From positions 13,231 to 77,230 of the IMG/VR virus record IMGVR_UViG_3300050026_000282: DNA of 64,000 bases; one strand, 5' to 3'. Position numbers and translations under genes: made by a program. Position 1 is the first letter of the stretch. Each line of letters begins with the position of its first letter. Below, one piece after another: positions 16,259 to 25,636 of this stretch. Below the pieces are notes generated by a model that was given only the letters and a program-made list of their open reading frames with translations, did not search any database and was not told the origin of the DNA. This DNA comes from a virus (taxonomy: Duplodnaviria > Heunggongvirae > Uroviricota > Caudoviricetes).

Positions 16259-16855
16259 CTATAGATAGGAACAGTTGAGAAGGCCGAGTGTCGCACGAAT
16301 TCCCAGAAGATTCCTGAGAATGTGTTCTTCTCGTGGAGTCGCCCACAGATCGTTCCACGGGGCCGGCACAGTGATGGCATTCCCGCCGTGCTTGCGGAAC
16401 AAATCGACGTTCACCGAGTAGTCGTCGATCAGGATTGAGTCTCTAGTGGCCAGCAGCCACTTCCTTGGCGTGATGAAATACTGGCGGTGAAGCCAGTCGG
16501 GTAGATTCTTGTGAATCCACTCCAGCTTGCCGGCGAGGCAGTCGGGGTCTTTGGTCGTGCTCGTGGCGATGTAGATGTTGTCTCTGCCGGCCACCGACTC
16601 GCACGTTGCGAGCAGCCAGGGGAGCAACGGAGAGCGCGGGGTGTCTGCCCACGTCTTTCTCCCAAGCGCCTCCCAGAAACTCGCTTCCGTTGTAAACCGC
16701 TGCTCTCCCAGAAGGATGTTTGCGCCTGCCACGATGTCATAGCCCACGTCCGGCAGCCCTTCGTAGCTTGTCGGACTGACCGGGCAGCCGACAAGGTAAA
16801 GCGCATAGGGAGTGAACGTGTTGCACACATCATCCATGTCAAGGAAGATTCTCAT
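16259..16855 (-). CDS. 5'(3')-deoxyribonucleotidase (HAD superfamily, NT5C-like)
   Basis: MRIFLDMDDVCNTF matches HAD motif I of deoxyribonucleotidases; downstream DxxxD-like LIDDYSVN. ATGA-coupled to sigma factor stop. Confidence 0.65.
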   Translation of the reverse strand: MRIFLDMDDVCNTFTPYALYLVGCPVSPTSYEGLPDVGYDIVAGANILLGEQRFTTEASFWEALGRKTWADTPRSPLLPWLLATCESVAGRDNIYIATSTTKDPDCLAGKLEWIHKNLPDWLHRQYFITPRKWLLATRDSILIDDYSVNVDLFRKHGGNAITVPAPWNDLWATPREEHILRNLLGIRATLGLLNCSYL

Positions 16856-17439
16856 GCGCACAGTTCCTTTACGTGTTCTTCGTAGCGGGCGCGGATGGCA
16901 TGAAAGTTGTCGATCACAGTCCGGCGGGGAATGCCGACCAACTGGGCTATTTCAGGGAACGTGTAGCCATCCTTCCGAAGGCGAACTAACTCGCGGTCCA
17001 AGGGCGTTTCACACGCAGATTTGATCTGGTCGGCTTCGTCAACGACTGCGACGGTATCAAATCGGGTTCCCATCGTCCGCTTACTCAAGTCCGTTTCGCT
17101 GGACTGGTAGGGGGCGTGCCGAGCGGCCTTGTGGATAGCATTACGAATCGACTTCGACATATACGCGGTGGGACCCTCCCTGGTCAGAGTTGTGGCTGGC
17201 AGGGTGTTGACCGCGCGTGTTAGTGCCAGAAACGCTTCGCTCGTTAGGTCATCGCGTAGATATTCAAAGTCTGTGTTTGACTTCAGGTAGTCATCGACGA
17301 TGCTCACCACCATCAGCATGTTGCCAGTAATCATCCTCTGGTGCGCTTCTTCGTCGGGAAGTAGAGCATAGAGGGCGTCGTTGTCAGGGGTCTCACAAAC
17401 AGCCTTCATGTTGCTGACAAGTTCAGTGTTGTACTTCAC
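16852..17439 (-). CDS. sigma-70 family RNA polymerase sigma factor (ECF-like)
   Basis: Region-4 HTH LRKDGYTFPEIAQLVGIPRRTVIDNFHAIRARY; region-2-like segment upstream. Confidence 0.5.
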   Translation of the reverse strand: MKYNTELVSNMKAVCETPDNDALYALLPDEEAHQRMITGNMLMVVSIVDDYLKSNTDFEYLRDDLTSEAFLALTRAVNTLPATTLTREGPTAYMSKSIRNAIHKAARHAPYQSSETDLSKRTMGTRFDTVAVVDEADQIKSACETPLDRELVRLRKDGYTFPEIAQLVGIPRRTVIDNFHAIRARYEEHVKELCA

Positions 17440-17451
17440 AGGTAGTCCTAG

Positions 17452-17919
17452 TTACTTGGTCACGATCCAGGCACAGTTAGCTCGAAAGTCGGTGATTGCT
17501 TCCATGCCGTCGTAGCGATAGATTTGTCCTCGCGGGTCACAAATCTGCCCGTGGTCATAGGCGACCGCATGGCCGCAGCGGCTCGTCTTTCCCGTCAGCA
17601 CGCCACGGCCCCTTTGAATGGCAAAGTCGAACGCGAACTTGTTGTCGATCCAGATGCCATCAATCGGGCTAGATTGCTTAGGAGCCATTGCAGGGCAACG
17701 TTCGATTGCCGTGATCTTCCAGCCGGCCAGATAGAGAGTCGTGATGATCTCCTGGATATGCCAGGATCGCCGGCGCATTGGCTCGGGAAGGTCGGGCCAT
17801 TGGATACAGCTTCCATCGTGGCCGAGCTTCTCAATGAGGTTCTCGACCGGACAACCGATGGCCATTGCGAAGGCGGTCGGCAAGCACGACCAGGCGTTGG
17901 GAGAGTTCTGTAGGCGCAT
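17452..17919 (-). CDS. papain-like cysteine peptidase (C39-like), paralog A
   Basis: Q..NAWSCLPTAFAMAIG (Gln/Cys) and GHAVAYDHGQICDP (His) mirror the catalytic layout of 18347..18871. Confidence 0.4.
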   Translation of the reverse strand: MRLQNSPNAWSCLPTAFAMAIGCPVENLIEKLGHDGSCIQWPDLPEPMRRRSWHIQEIITTLYLAGWKITAIERCPAMAPKQSSPIDGIWIDNKFAFDFAIQRGRGVLTGKTSRCGHAVAYDHGQICDPRGQIYRYDGMEAITDFRANCAWIVTK

Positions 17920-17972
17920 ATTGCGAAACAGTTAAGGTTGATGAGGCTTCAATCAGACGGGTAAGAAGAGGT

Positions 17973-18350
17973 TCACACTATTTCGTCAAGCATGGCGTCG
18001 ATCTCTGCTTGCGTCGGTATCTTCCAGCTACTCTTGACGAAGTCGCGCCAGTTGGGCGGCTTGAACAGCCGGTCGTAGTTCTCCTGGTCGGCACCCGTGA
18101 GAATCCAGATGCCGGTTCCGTATCGCTCCCAAATGGGCCACTTCCGCTTCTGGGCCTTCGTGAACGAGTAGCGCCCCTTGTTCTTTACATCGATCCACCT
18201 CTCGCCCCACTTTGGATGACGGCAGTACAGGTCGGGAATGCCCGTCTGGAACGCATTGCCGATCATTCGCTCGACGAGCCAGCCCCTCGCCTTCAAGAAG
18301 ACCATTAGGTCTTCTTGGATGAAGTATTCCGGCCCGTGCTTAGCTCTCAT
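17973..18350 (-). CDS. VRR-NUC domain nuclease
   Basis: GIPDLYCRHPKWGERWIDVKNKGRYSFTKAQKRKW, the PD-(D/E)xK VRR-NUC signature. Confidence 0.7.
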   Translation of the reverse strand: MRAKHGPEYFIQEDLMVFLKARGWLVERMIGNAFQTGIPDLYCRHPKWGERWIDVKNKGRYSFTKAQKRKWPIWERYGTGIWILTGADQENYDRLFKPPNWRDFVKSSWKIPTQAEIDAMLDEIV

Positions 18351-18871
18351 TCCATGTGCTCCAGTTTCCCAGGCTCAAACGTGCAGGGCTTCAAGATCGT
18401 GCATCCCCAGCCGCGAATCAGCTTGCCCTGGTCAACGTCGTGCCAGCGTTGCCGTAGCTCTTCGTCGGCCAGCCAGGTGCGGCAGAACGAACTCGGGTCC
18501 TCGAAGATGATGCGGTGATTGTCGCACCCAATTGCCACGACATAGTGGCCGTCGTTTCTGAGCTTGTTGTACGGCAACGCCGAGCTACGGTACGCCTGAA
18601 TGGCGATGATGGTCGGTCGGTCGAGATTGATGCAGTCACACAAATTGTCGGGCGTGAGTCCTTGGCGGGCATGGTACGCCAGCCCGTAATAGCCCAGCAC
18701 GTAAGTGACCCAGTCCATCGACGTGCCCGCTCTTGCCGTCGTCCGGGCCAACTTGATAAGCCGGTCCTCACGCTCTTCGATTCCGTAGGCGACCAGCACG
18801 GACTGAAGGGCGTCCGCCCCGCAATCGAAGTTGAAGGTCTGCCGTGCCTCGGGGAATGGAATGATCTTCAT
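18347..18871 (-). CDS. papain-like cysteine peptidase (C39-like), paralog B
   Basis: Internal ATG (MKIIPFPEARQTFNFDCGADALQSVLVAYG) ATGA-coupled to the polymerase stop; HYVVAIGCDNHRIIFEDP His box. The upstream 140 aa of the track ORF is R/G-rich read-through. Confidence 0.5.
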   Translation of the reverse strand: MKIIPFPEARQTFNFDCGADALQSVLVAYGIEEREDRLIKLARTTARAGTSMDWVTYVLGYYGLAYHARQGLTPDNLCDCINLDRPTIIAIQAYRSSALPYNKLRNDGHYVVAIGCDNHRIIFEDPSSFCRTWLADEELRQRWHDVDQGKLIRGWGCTILKPCTFEPGKLEHME

Positions 18872-21225
18872 TTCTTGTTCGCCCATGATTTGACGCATTT
18901 GTTCCAACTGATGGCAATGAGGGGAATCTTGGAGCGGAATGATTCGACCCGACTCTGGATGCGCTTCGCTACAGGCTCGACCATGTCGGGCGTTGTCACT
19001 GCCGCGATTTCGTCGTGGACGTTCATCAGGGCGACCTTGAACGGATGCACGCCGGCCGGCTGAAGGTCCCAGACATCCCGCTGCACCTCTTTGGTGACTT
19101 CCGCACCGACAGCCTGAATCTCGTGGTTGGCCGCAGCACGCATCGAGGCCGCTTGGATACCGAAGGCCGCCGCGTAGAGGGCCGAGACGACCGCCCCACA
19201 CGCGAATTGCTCTCGGGCTCTCCGCACGACGCGGATTGCACATTCCCGCCACTCTTTGGGCGGCTTGCGGGCAAGGTCGAAGACGGTCTTGCAAATGCGG
19301 TTTTCAAGCGTGAAATACCGGCGGAACCCCAGGAAGGTCTCGCAGTAGTCGGCCGGCTCTGCCCAGTAGACGGCCGAGCCGATGCCGCCCGGCTGCTGCA
19401 TCGAACAGAATCGCTTGAAGACGCTTTCCCGCCACCCTTTGACCCGCTTGTACTTGTCCAGCAGGGTGCTAATGGCCGACCGAGCGTTCTTTTCGAGCAC
19501 GCCCAGCTTTCGCATCAGTGTCTCGAACGTGCCACCGTAAAGGATCGTGGCAAAGAAACCTTGCTTGCCCTTCGTGTACCGGTCGTCCTCCTGGTTCTTC
19601 GTCGCAAGGATTTCGTCATACGTCATGTCCGGGTACATGAGGGACCCGAAAATGCCGTGAATCTTCTTGCCGCTCTGTAGGTCGGCTCGGAGGGCGGGAT
19701 CATCGCAGACGGCGTCGGCAATCGAAACCTCGAAAGCATCGAAGTCGCCGATGCTCAAGACCATGCCATCCCAAGCGAGAGGGAATAGGCTACGAACGTC
19801 GTCGGTGTGCTTGATCCCTTGCGGGTTGAGACCGTCCGCACCAGCCATTCGAGACGAGAGGGTCCCGATCACCACAAACGAGGCGTGGAACCGGCCGGCT
19901 CGCAGGAGTTTCTTGTAGAGCTTAATTTCACTCCCGGCAACCCGAATGCCGAGAATCTCGCGTGCCCGCCGTGCAGCCGGGTGCTGACCGGGGAAGAGCT
20001 TGCCGTGACCACCACAGCGAGTGCAGCCCTTCCCATCGCACTTAAAGCACTCTTCCTCTTCCGTGATCTCCCACTTGCCCACTTCCTCCAACTTGGCCTT
20101 GCAAGTGGTCCCTTGCAGGATGATCTTTTCCGTTTCATCCATGCACTCAACGATATACCGACGAACATCCTTCGGCTTGTTGCAGTTGACGGGGGCGTTG
20201 GCGACGATCTGCTGAGCATGGGACAGCAATCGCTTGACGCCGTCGATGTCGATGAGGAAGCCGTGCCAGCGAACGGCGGCGACCATGCAGGCGAGAACCG
20301 AGTCGGTATCGTTCGGTTGAGGGTACTTGAAGTGAGCGTCCAGGTCACGGGTGTAGACAATATCGTCCTTGGCGTACTCCCGTGCGTCGAGGTTCGTCGC
20401 CCAATGCTCGATATGCTGCTTAATGACGCCAGGCCAGGCGTATATGGCCGCACTGACCTTCTTGCTCTTCTTGCTGGGCTTCTTATGCACTTTCCAGCCA
20501 TCGTCGGGCTTGGTGACTGCCAAGGCAAACGGCGCATACCCCAGTTCTGCGGGGCGCAGACTGGAATCAAGCTCCACGTCCTTGAAGTGAAACTTTGGTA
20601 CTCGCTTCAGCGCGTATTCGGCCAAGAACTTCAAGCCACCAGCCGGACGGAACTTGAGCACTACATCCTTGAAATTAGGGTCGATCTCCCCGTCCTTGTG
20701 CTTGCAGTCATAGACATGCCACCGAGGGGCGTCCTTGTTGGCCGACCTGGCGAAATAGATTCCGTCCAGTTGAACACGGTTTTCAAGCTCGGTGGCCAGG
20801 GCGTCGGCCAGCGGAGTCGGCACCCGCTTGATGCGCACGTCCTCGCGGGCCATGAGCGACTGGAAGGGTCCCCGCCGCGAGTGAAGCATCAAGTCCAGGA
20901 CGCCGGCCGGCTTCAGGCAGGGTCCGTCCCGCGCCTCGGGCTCACGCATGGCGATCTCGTCGATATGCTCCTCGGGAATCCAGTCCCGAGGGAAGAGCCT
21001 GAAAAGTGTGTAGCACTTACACAGGTGGAACATATCGAACGAGGCATTGAAGAAGACCATCGTGTGGGTCAGGAACCACTCGATACGGTCCAATGTCTCG
21101 CCGATGGGGTGCTTCCACACGTCGTAGAGCACGACCGGTCCATCTTCCACGGCCCACTGGAAGAGCACAGGCATCCCGTGCAGGCCGCACGTCTCGGAGT
21201 CGAAGTAGAGCTTCTTAGTAATCAA
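18868..21225 (-). CDS. DNA polymerase, family A (Pol I-like) with 3'-5' exonuclease domain
   Basis: Exo I LYFDSETCGL; motif A SIGDFDAFEVSIA; motif B RYTKGKQGFFATILYGG; motif C VHDEIAAV. Cys cluster CFKCDGKGCTRCGGHGK inserted. TTG start with GGAG upstream. Confidence 0.85.
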   Translation of the reverse strand: MITKKLYFDSETCGLHGMPVLFQWAVEDGPVVLYDVWKHPIGETLDRIEWFLTHTMVFFNASFDMFHLCKCYTLFRLFPRDWIPEEHIDEIAMREPEARDGPCLKPAGVLDLMLHSRRGPFQSLMAREDVRIKRVPTPLADALATELENRVQLDGIYFARSANKDAPRWHVYDCKHKDGEIDPNFKDVVLKFRPAGGLKFLAEYALKRVPKFHFKDVELDSSLRPAELGYAPFALAVTKPDDGWKVHKKPSKKSKKVSAAIYAWPGVIKQHIEHWATNLDAREYAKDDIVYTRDLDAHFKYPQPNDTDSVLACMVAAVRWHGFLIDIDGVKRLLSHAQQIVANAPVNCNKPKDVRRYIVECMDETEKIILQGTTCKAKLEEVGKWEITEEEECFKCDGKGCTRCGGHGKLFPGQHPAARRAREILGIRVAGSEIKLYKKLLRAGRFHASFVVIGTLSSRMAGADGLNPQGIKHTDDVRSLFPLAWDGMVLSIGDFDAFEVSIADAVCDDPALRADLQSGKKIHGIFGSLMYPDMTYDEILATKNQEDDRYTKGKQGFFATILYGGTFETLMRKLGVLEKNARSAISTLLDKYKRVKGWRESVFKRFCSMQQPGGIGSAVYWAEPADYCETFLGFRRYFTLENRICKTVFDLARKPPKEWRECAIRVVRRAREQFACGAVVSALYAAAFGIQAASMRAAANHEIQAVGAEVTKEVQRDVWDLQPAGVHPFKVALMNVHDEIAAVTTPDMVEPVAKRIQSRVESFRSKIPLIAISWNKCVKSWANKK

Positions 21226-21385
21226 CGAGGGGGACTCCGTTTGGCTTGCGCATGTTGAATCGTCCAGGGCAGTCGATGGCTCGCAGACAGTCGGTTCGGT
21301 CCAAGTAGAACCTGGTCACGATTCTGCATAACCATTGCTCGGTGTTCCTCTACCTATGGAACAGCCGAGGAGGCAGTTTGTCGCA

Positions 21386-21793
21386 TCATTTCCCAGAATT
21401 ATCTTCAAGAAGTCCCGGCTCGGCGTTCCGGGCATCCATGACGACCGTCAATACGCCCTGCCTGATCTTGTCCAGGGACTCCTCCCAGCCAGGGAAGCGG
21501 TTGGCGATATTCGCGGACAACAGTTCCACAAACCGGTCCGCAATGGCCAGAATGGCACCCTTGGCCAGCAAGTCGCCCCGCTTGTACTTCGCGCTCTCGC
21601 TGGCTTGGGTCAGCTTTGCAATGATGTTCTGCAACGAGGCAGACGCGGCAAATTGCCCGGCATTGTAGGCTTTCTCGCACATGAGACGTGCCATCGCCAG
21701 GTCTGATTCAAGGTTTGTTGGGTCAGGTACGCCGGCGAGTTCGCGTAACCGCTGGGCGTCAGTGGGGTCAGTCAAGTGATAAAGAGGTTCCAT
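21386..21793 (-). CDS. hypothetical protein (135 aa)
   Basis: ORF track. Confidence 0.4.
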   Translation of the reverse strand: MEPLYHLTDPTDAQRLRELAGVPDPTNLESDLAMARLMCEKAYNAGQFAASASLQNIIAKLTQASESAKYKRGDLLAKGAILAIADRFVELLSANIANRFPGWEESLDKIRQGVLTVVMDARNAEPGLLEDNSGK

Positions 21794-21804
21794 CTAAAAC
21801 TCTC

Positions 21805-22455
21805 CTAGTCGTCGAACCAAAGCCGTCCCTTGCGGTCACGGCTGATTGTCCATATCCAGTTGCGAAGGCAGACTCTCGTGATGATCCCGCAGGATCGAGC
21901 AGCTTCCGATATGGTTGCAAAATGCTCAACAGTACCGTCAGGATGTTGACACCCAACGGGGCTTGTAACGTTCTCGCTAGGCCCACCGGCCTCGATATTT
22001 CGCAGAATCCAGGGTGCCGCTTTGAGCGGGCTGCCGGTCACTCGGTTGTTGATGTCCCGTAACCGGATAGAGACCACCGCATGGGCGATTCGCCACCCAA
22101 TCGGAAAGGCCGAGCCCAGCGACCATCCAACCCTCTCGGCGGGGAACAATCCGAGCGAATCAAGTTCCCGTAGCCACTCGGCCCAGTTACTCTTGCTGAT
22201 GTCCTTCACCGACCAAAGTGACGCCCAGACGGGTGTAACGGTGGTCGGGCACCAGCTAATCAACCTCGGCAATTGCTGAGGATCGCGCGGGTCGGCCAAC
22301 TCGAAGGTCCGATACTTGGCCGGATTGTTCGGCATCTTGAACAAGTCCCGTTTTTGGTACTTCTTCCAATACCTCGGATGCCGCTCGGCGAATCGACGCT
22401 GTTTAAGCGCGTTCGCCGCCCGCGATTCTGGCGTGCTCATCGGTTCAAATGGCAC
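21805..22455 (-). CDS. hypothetical protein; C-terminus resembles NUMOD/IENR-type DNA-binding modules of homing endonucleases
   Basis: GTVEHFATISEAARSCGIITRVCLRNW pattern at C-terminus; no nuclease motif recognised. Confidence 0.35.
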   Translation of the reverse strand: MPFEPMSTPESRAANALKQRRFAERHPRYWKKYQKRDLFKMPNNPAKYRTFELADPRDPQQLPRLISWCPTTVTPVWASLWSVKDISKSNWAEWLRELDSLGLFPAERVGWSLGSAFPIGWRIAHAVVSIRLRDINNRVTGSPLKAAPWILRNIEAGGPSENVTSPVGCQHPDGTVEHFATISEAARSCGIITRVCLRNWIWTISRDRKGRLWFDD

Positions 22456-22649
22456 TTCAGCAGTGTCACCAATTCGTCCAGGTCGAAACGCAGTTCATCC
22501 TCCGAAGTCAGTTCGACGTGAGTTCCCACGGGAACCACGAGTCGAATGGACCCGTCCGGGTCGGCATGAACCTGCATCGGGGCACAGTTAATGGTCTGTA
22601 CGTTCTCACCGTCGCGCCAAATCTCGACTGTCAATGGCTTTAACTTCAC
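22437..22649 (-). CDS. hypothetical protein (70 aa)
   Basis: ORF track. Confidence 0.3.
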   Translation of the reverse strand: MKLKPLTVEIWRDGENVQTINCAPMQVHADPDGSIRLVVPVGTHVELTSEDELRFDLDELVTLLKCHLNR

Positions 22650-22758
22650 TGGGCACCTTCCCTTTGAAAAGTCTCAAGCAACAGTTCTTGAACTTCCTAC
22701 CGGAGCCACACAGACACAGTTGATTCCGGCGGACACGAGGGTAAAGATTGACAAACAT
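22606..22758 (-). CDS. SEC-C motif small protein (50 aa)
   Basis: Internal ATG with AGAAAGG RBS; CLCGSGRKFKNCC metal-binding motif. Confidence 0.35.
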   Translation of the reverse strand: MFVNLYPRVRRNQLCLCGSGRKFKNCCLRLFKGKVPSEVKAIDSRDLARR

Positions 22759-22774
22759 GCACTGACCTTTCTTG

Positions 22775-24091
22775 TTAGTTTTCCAATGGTCCGACTTCAC
22801 GGCCGCCATCAATGATGTAACGCGTCGGGCCATCCTTCTCGGAAGGATGCCGCAATTTGCAGTTGAGCCGCCAAGTGATTCCGTGCTTCGGGTTGACGCC
22901 ATGCAACCACTGTGCAGGCTCTCGATAACCAGCCAGGGAGTTGTAGGAGAACGGATCGGTCCCCAGCCACGCACCGTTGACCATCAACTCGCCATCGATG
23001 TCCGAGAGGGTACTGGCCGAGTGGTGATGGCCCGCGCAGTAGTAACGGACACGCTGGCCTCCGGCGGCAGCACCGAGAGCAATGAGTCCCTTCTGTCGGC
23101 GGACCATGCCGTACCAGGGGATGCCCAGGTTGCTCCGGCAGTCATCGCCGTGCGAGACGTTGAAGCCGACACCATTGATGTCGATGTTCGCGCTCCAAGC
23201 GTCGGGAATCTGGAAGTTGACGTTGACCATGTCGCGGCAGTGAAGACGGGCGATCTCCGCAACCAGATAATCCCAGTTGTCATTCGCCCCGTAGTAGTCC
23301 TTCTTCTGCGAACGGCGGCCGTGGTTTCCAGACAGGTAGATGACGTTGACCTCACCGAAGTGGCGGGCGAAGTCGCGGTACATCAGGGCGTGAAGCTGGC
23401 CGATAGCGAGGCAGTTCTTGAACTGATTGCGATAGTAGGATCGCTCGCAGGCCCGATGAATCTCGCCGCTCGTGTGATCTCCATAGGCAAGCACCCAGAG
23501 CACGGGGAAGTAGAACTTCGGAGCGAGAGTCTCTTGCGTCCACTCCACGACCGTCTCCACGAGGCGCTCGGCACGAGCACAGGAGATCGGGAAATTGTAC
23601 TCCTCGAAGCCGTTGACCTGCTCGGGACGGACCACTTGATCGTGGTGGCCGTCACTAATGTGGAGCACGCAATGCTCCCTGATCTGGGCTTTGGGACGCG
23701 ACTGGATCGCCGGCGGAAGTGCCTTAAAGGGCTTGATCCGCGTATCCATTTCCTTAGTGACGGCCTTGAACAGGCCGGCAAACTTCGCCCCCGCCTTGAC
23801 CTTGGCTTTTTCTCGGTTGCGCTCCTCGGTCAGGTGGACGACCTCGGCCTCCAACTCCATCACCCGCTCGTCGGTCGGATCGTAGCTCTGGATCGTTTTA
23901 TGTTGACCGCCCGGTTTCTTCGGGCACGGTTCGTAATCGCCCGGCCAGGGCACGTCTTTGTGAGCGCGGCCAGTGGCGATGTCAGAGACTAGAGAGCGAC
24001 TGATCTTGCAAGCCTTAGCGATTCCCGGCTGCGGCTTGCCCTCTACGATCAACGCTTTGATCTTAGCGACTTTGGCTTTTGACAACATCAT
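22775..24091 (-). CDS. metallophosphoesterase with N-terminal HTH
   Basis: KISRSLVSDIATGR HTH; LHISDGHHD, AYGDHTSG, LSGNHGRR, CAGHHH phosphoesterase motifs. Confidence 0.6.
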   Translation of the reverse strand: MMLSKAKVAKIKALIVEGKPQPGIAKACKISRSLVSDIATGRAHKDVPWPGDYEPCPKKPGGQHKTIQSYDPTDERVMELEAEVVHLTEERNREKAKVKAGAKFAGLFKAVTKEMDTRIKPFKALPPAIQSRPKAQIREHCVLHISDGHHDQVVRPEQVNGFEEYNFPISCARAERLVETVVEWTQETLAPKFYFPVLWVLAYGDHTSGEIHRACERSYYRNQFKNCLAIGQLHALMYRDFARHFGEVNVIYLSGNHGRRSQKKDYYGANDNWDYLVAEIARLHCRDMVNVNFQIPDAWSANIDINGVGFNVSHGDDCRSNLGIPWYGMVRRQKGLIALGAAAGGQRVRYYCAGHHHSASTLSDIDGELMVNGAWLGTDPFSYNSLAGYREPAQWLHGVNPKHGITWRLNCKLRHPSEKDGPTRYIIDGGREVGPLEN

Positions 24092-24559
24092 TTAGACCTT
24101 ATAGGACCTGATCCGTGACGGCTGGAGCCGGGACTTGTCGAAGACGACAATCGCTATTGCTTGCACCAGGCCGCATTTCGCGTCACCAAACTTCGGACGA
24201 CCGTGAAGGAAACGAATCTCAGCGGCTTTCATGCAGTAGGTATGCCACCAGTTCGTGTTCGTATGGGCCGGGACGAGCATCACCACGACGCAGTCCGACT
24301 CAAACGCCTTCTGCACCCAACGCCTCAAACGAGCCTTATCCGAGTTGAAGGGAGGGTTGAGCCAGCAAACACCTTTCCACTCTTGCTGTAAGGCATCTTC
24401 CTCGGCCGTGTAGTAAACCGGACACTTAGCGTTGGCTGAGTCAGCAGCCAAGTCGATGGTGAAGTGAAACTCCTCATTCAGCCTGTTGAACAGGGATTGA
24501 GGAGTAGACCATGACTGGCTGCGTGACTCGAACCTCGGCTGTCTCTTGGGCAACAACAT
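24092..24559 (-). CDS. DNA N6-adenine methyltransferase, phage Dam-like
   Basis: WSTPQSLFNRLNEEFHFTIDLAA ... CWLNPPFN, the phage Dam-like signature (family assignment from memory) including NPPF. Confidence 0.75.
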   Translation of the reverse strand: MLLPKRQPRFESRSQSWSTPQSLFNRLNEEFHFTIDLAADSANAKCPVYYTAEEDALQQEWKGVCWLNPPFNSDKARLRRWVQKAFESDCVVVMLVPAHTNTNWWHTYCMKAAEIRFLHGRPKFGDAKCGLVQAIAIVVFDKSRLQPSRIRSYKV

Positions 24560-25636
24560 TTACAGCGTCTTTGTAGCGGGAGCGCGATGGGTGGCCCGAA
24601 TGACAGAGTCGATAAGTTGCTGTAAGGCACAGGGGACAGCGGCCGGACCATCCACGATGGCCTTGTGTGGCATAATGACGGGCCGGCTTGGGTCAATCGC
24701 CCATTCCAGCTTGTACTTCACGGCCCAGTCCCACATGCGGCGAGTCGGAGCAATGAAGTTGAGCCCAGCACCGGCACCGCGAACGAGGAGGCCAATGCAC
24801 TTGCCATTCTTCAGGTAGACGCCGCCGCCACTGCTGCCGGGATAGCCCATGCAAGATGTCTGATCGAAGACTTTCCCCGTGTTGAGCAAGTCGCGGTCGG
24901 TCTGAGAGATAATCCCGTAGCTGACACTGTCGTACAGCCCTAGCGTGCAGCCGACGTGGACAAGTTCGGTGCCGATTGGCGACGGTTTGCCGGAGTCGTC
25001 GAACTCGGCCGAGGCGTCAGTGAAGTTGTCCTTCAACACTTCCAACAAAGCCAGGTCGTCGCCCACTTCGGGATCACTGTAGGCCAGGACTTTCGCCTCC
25101 GTTCGCACCTCACCAACCCAGCGGCCGTCAACCCGTCGCTCCTGGTAGATCGTCGCGCTCTTGAAAGTGCCGTTCGGCTGCATCAGCAATTGAGCAACGT
25201 GGCCGGCCGTCCAGACGAATGTGCGCTTGACGTTCCCTAGCTGCCGCGTGACGAGCACTCCGGTGCCGCAGCCGTGGTCGGCCTCCACACGCACAGAAAT
25301 GTCTTGCAACATCTGGTGAGGGGCCGCAGTAATCAGCTTGGCGAGCACGTTTTCGTCAGCAGTGACACGCTTGTTGAGGAGATGCGTAGCATCGGCAATG
25401 CTATTCGCGGTGGCGGCAGCATAGTCAGCAGTGCTACGCATGGCAGAGGCAGTCGAGGCGGCTTCGCTAGCAGTGCTACTCACAGCATCAATGCGCCTGG
25501 CAACAGCGGCCTCGTCGGCTACTGCCCTGTCACGTAATCCCAACATGCCGCCACCAACGCAACCGAGCAACACTCCGATCACAGTGAACAACACGGCACA
25601 GATCACAACATGCACCTTCATCAGAGGCTCCTTCAA
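24560..25636 (-). CDS. membrane-anchored trypsin-like serine protease (S1 family)
   Basis: N-terminal helix, then His TAGHV, Asp DDLALLEV, Ser GYPGSSGGGVY. Confidence 0.6.
   Translation of the reverse strand: MKEPLMKVHVVICAVLFTVIGVLLGCVGGGMLGLRDRAVADEAAVARRIDAVSSTASEAASTASAMRSTADYAAATANSIADATHLLNKRVTADENVLAKLITAAPHQMLQDISVRVEADHGCGTGVLVTRQLGNVKRTFVWTAGHVAQLLMQPNGTFKSATIYQERRVDGRWVGEVRTEAKVLAYSDPEVGDDLALLEVLKDNFTDASAEFDDSGKPSPIGTELVHVGCTLGLYDSVSYGIISQTDRDLLNTGKVFDQTSCMGYPGSSGGGVYLKNGKCIGLLVRGAGAGLNFIAPTRRMWDWAVKYKLEWAIDPSRPVIMPHKAIVDGPAAVPCALQQLIDSVIRATHRAPATKTL

Noticed and set aside
19807-21258. 483-aa plus-strand ORF
   Set aside because: Lies antisense within the family A polymerase gene, which has clear motifs; shadow ORF.
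22772-23992. 406-aa plus-strand ORF
   Set aside because: Antisense to the metallophosphoesterase gene; low-complexity A/V/R-rich sequence.
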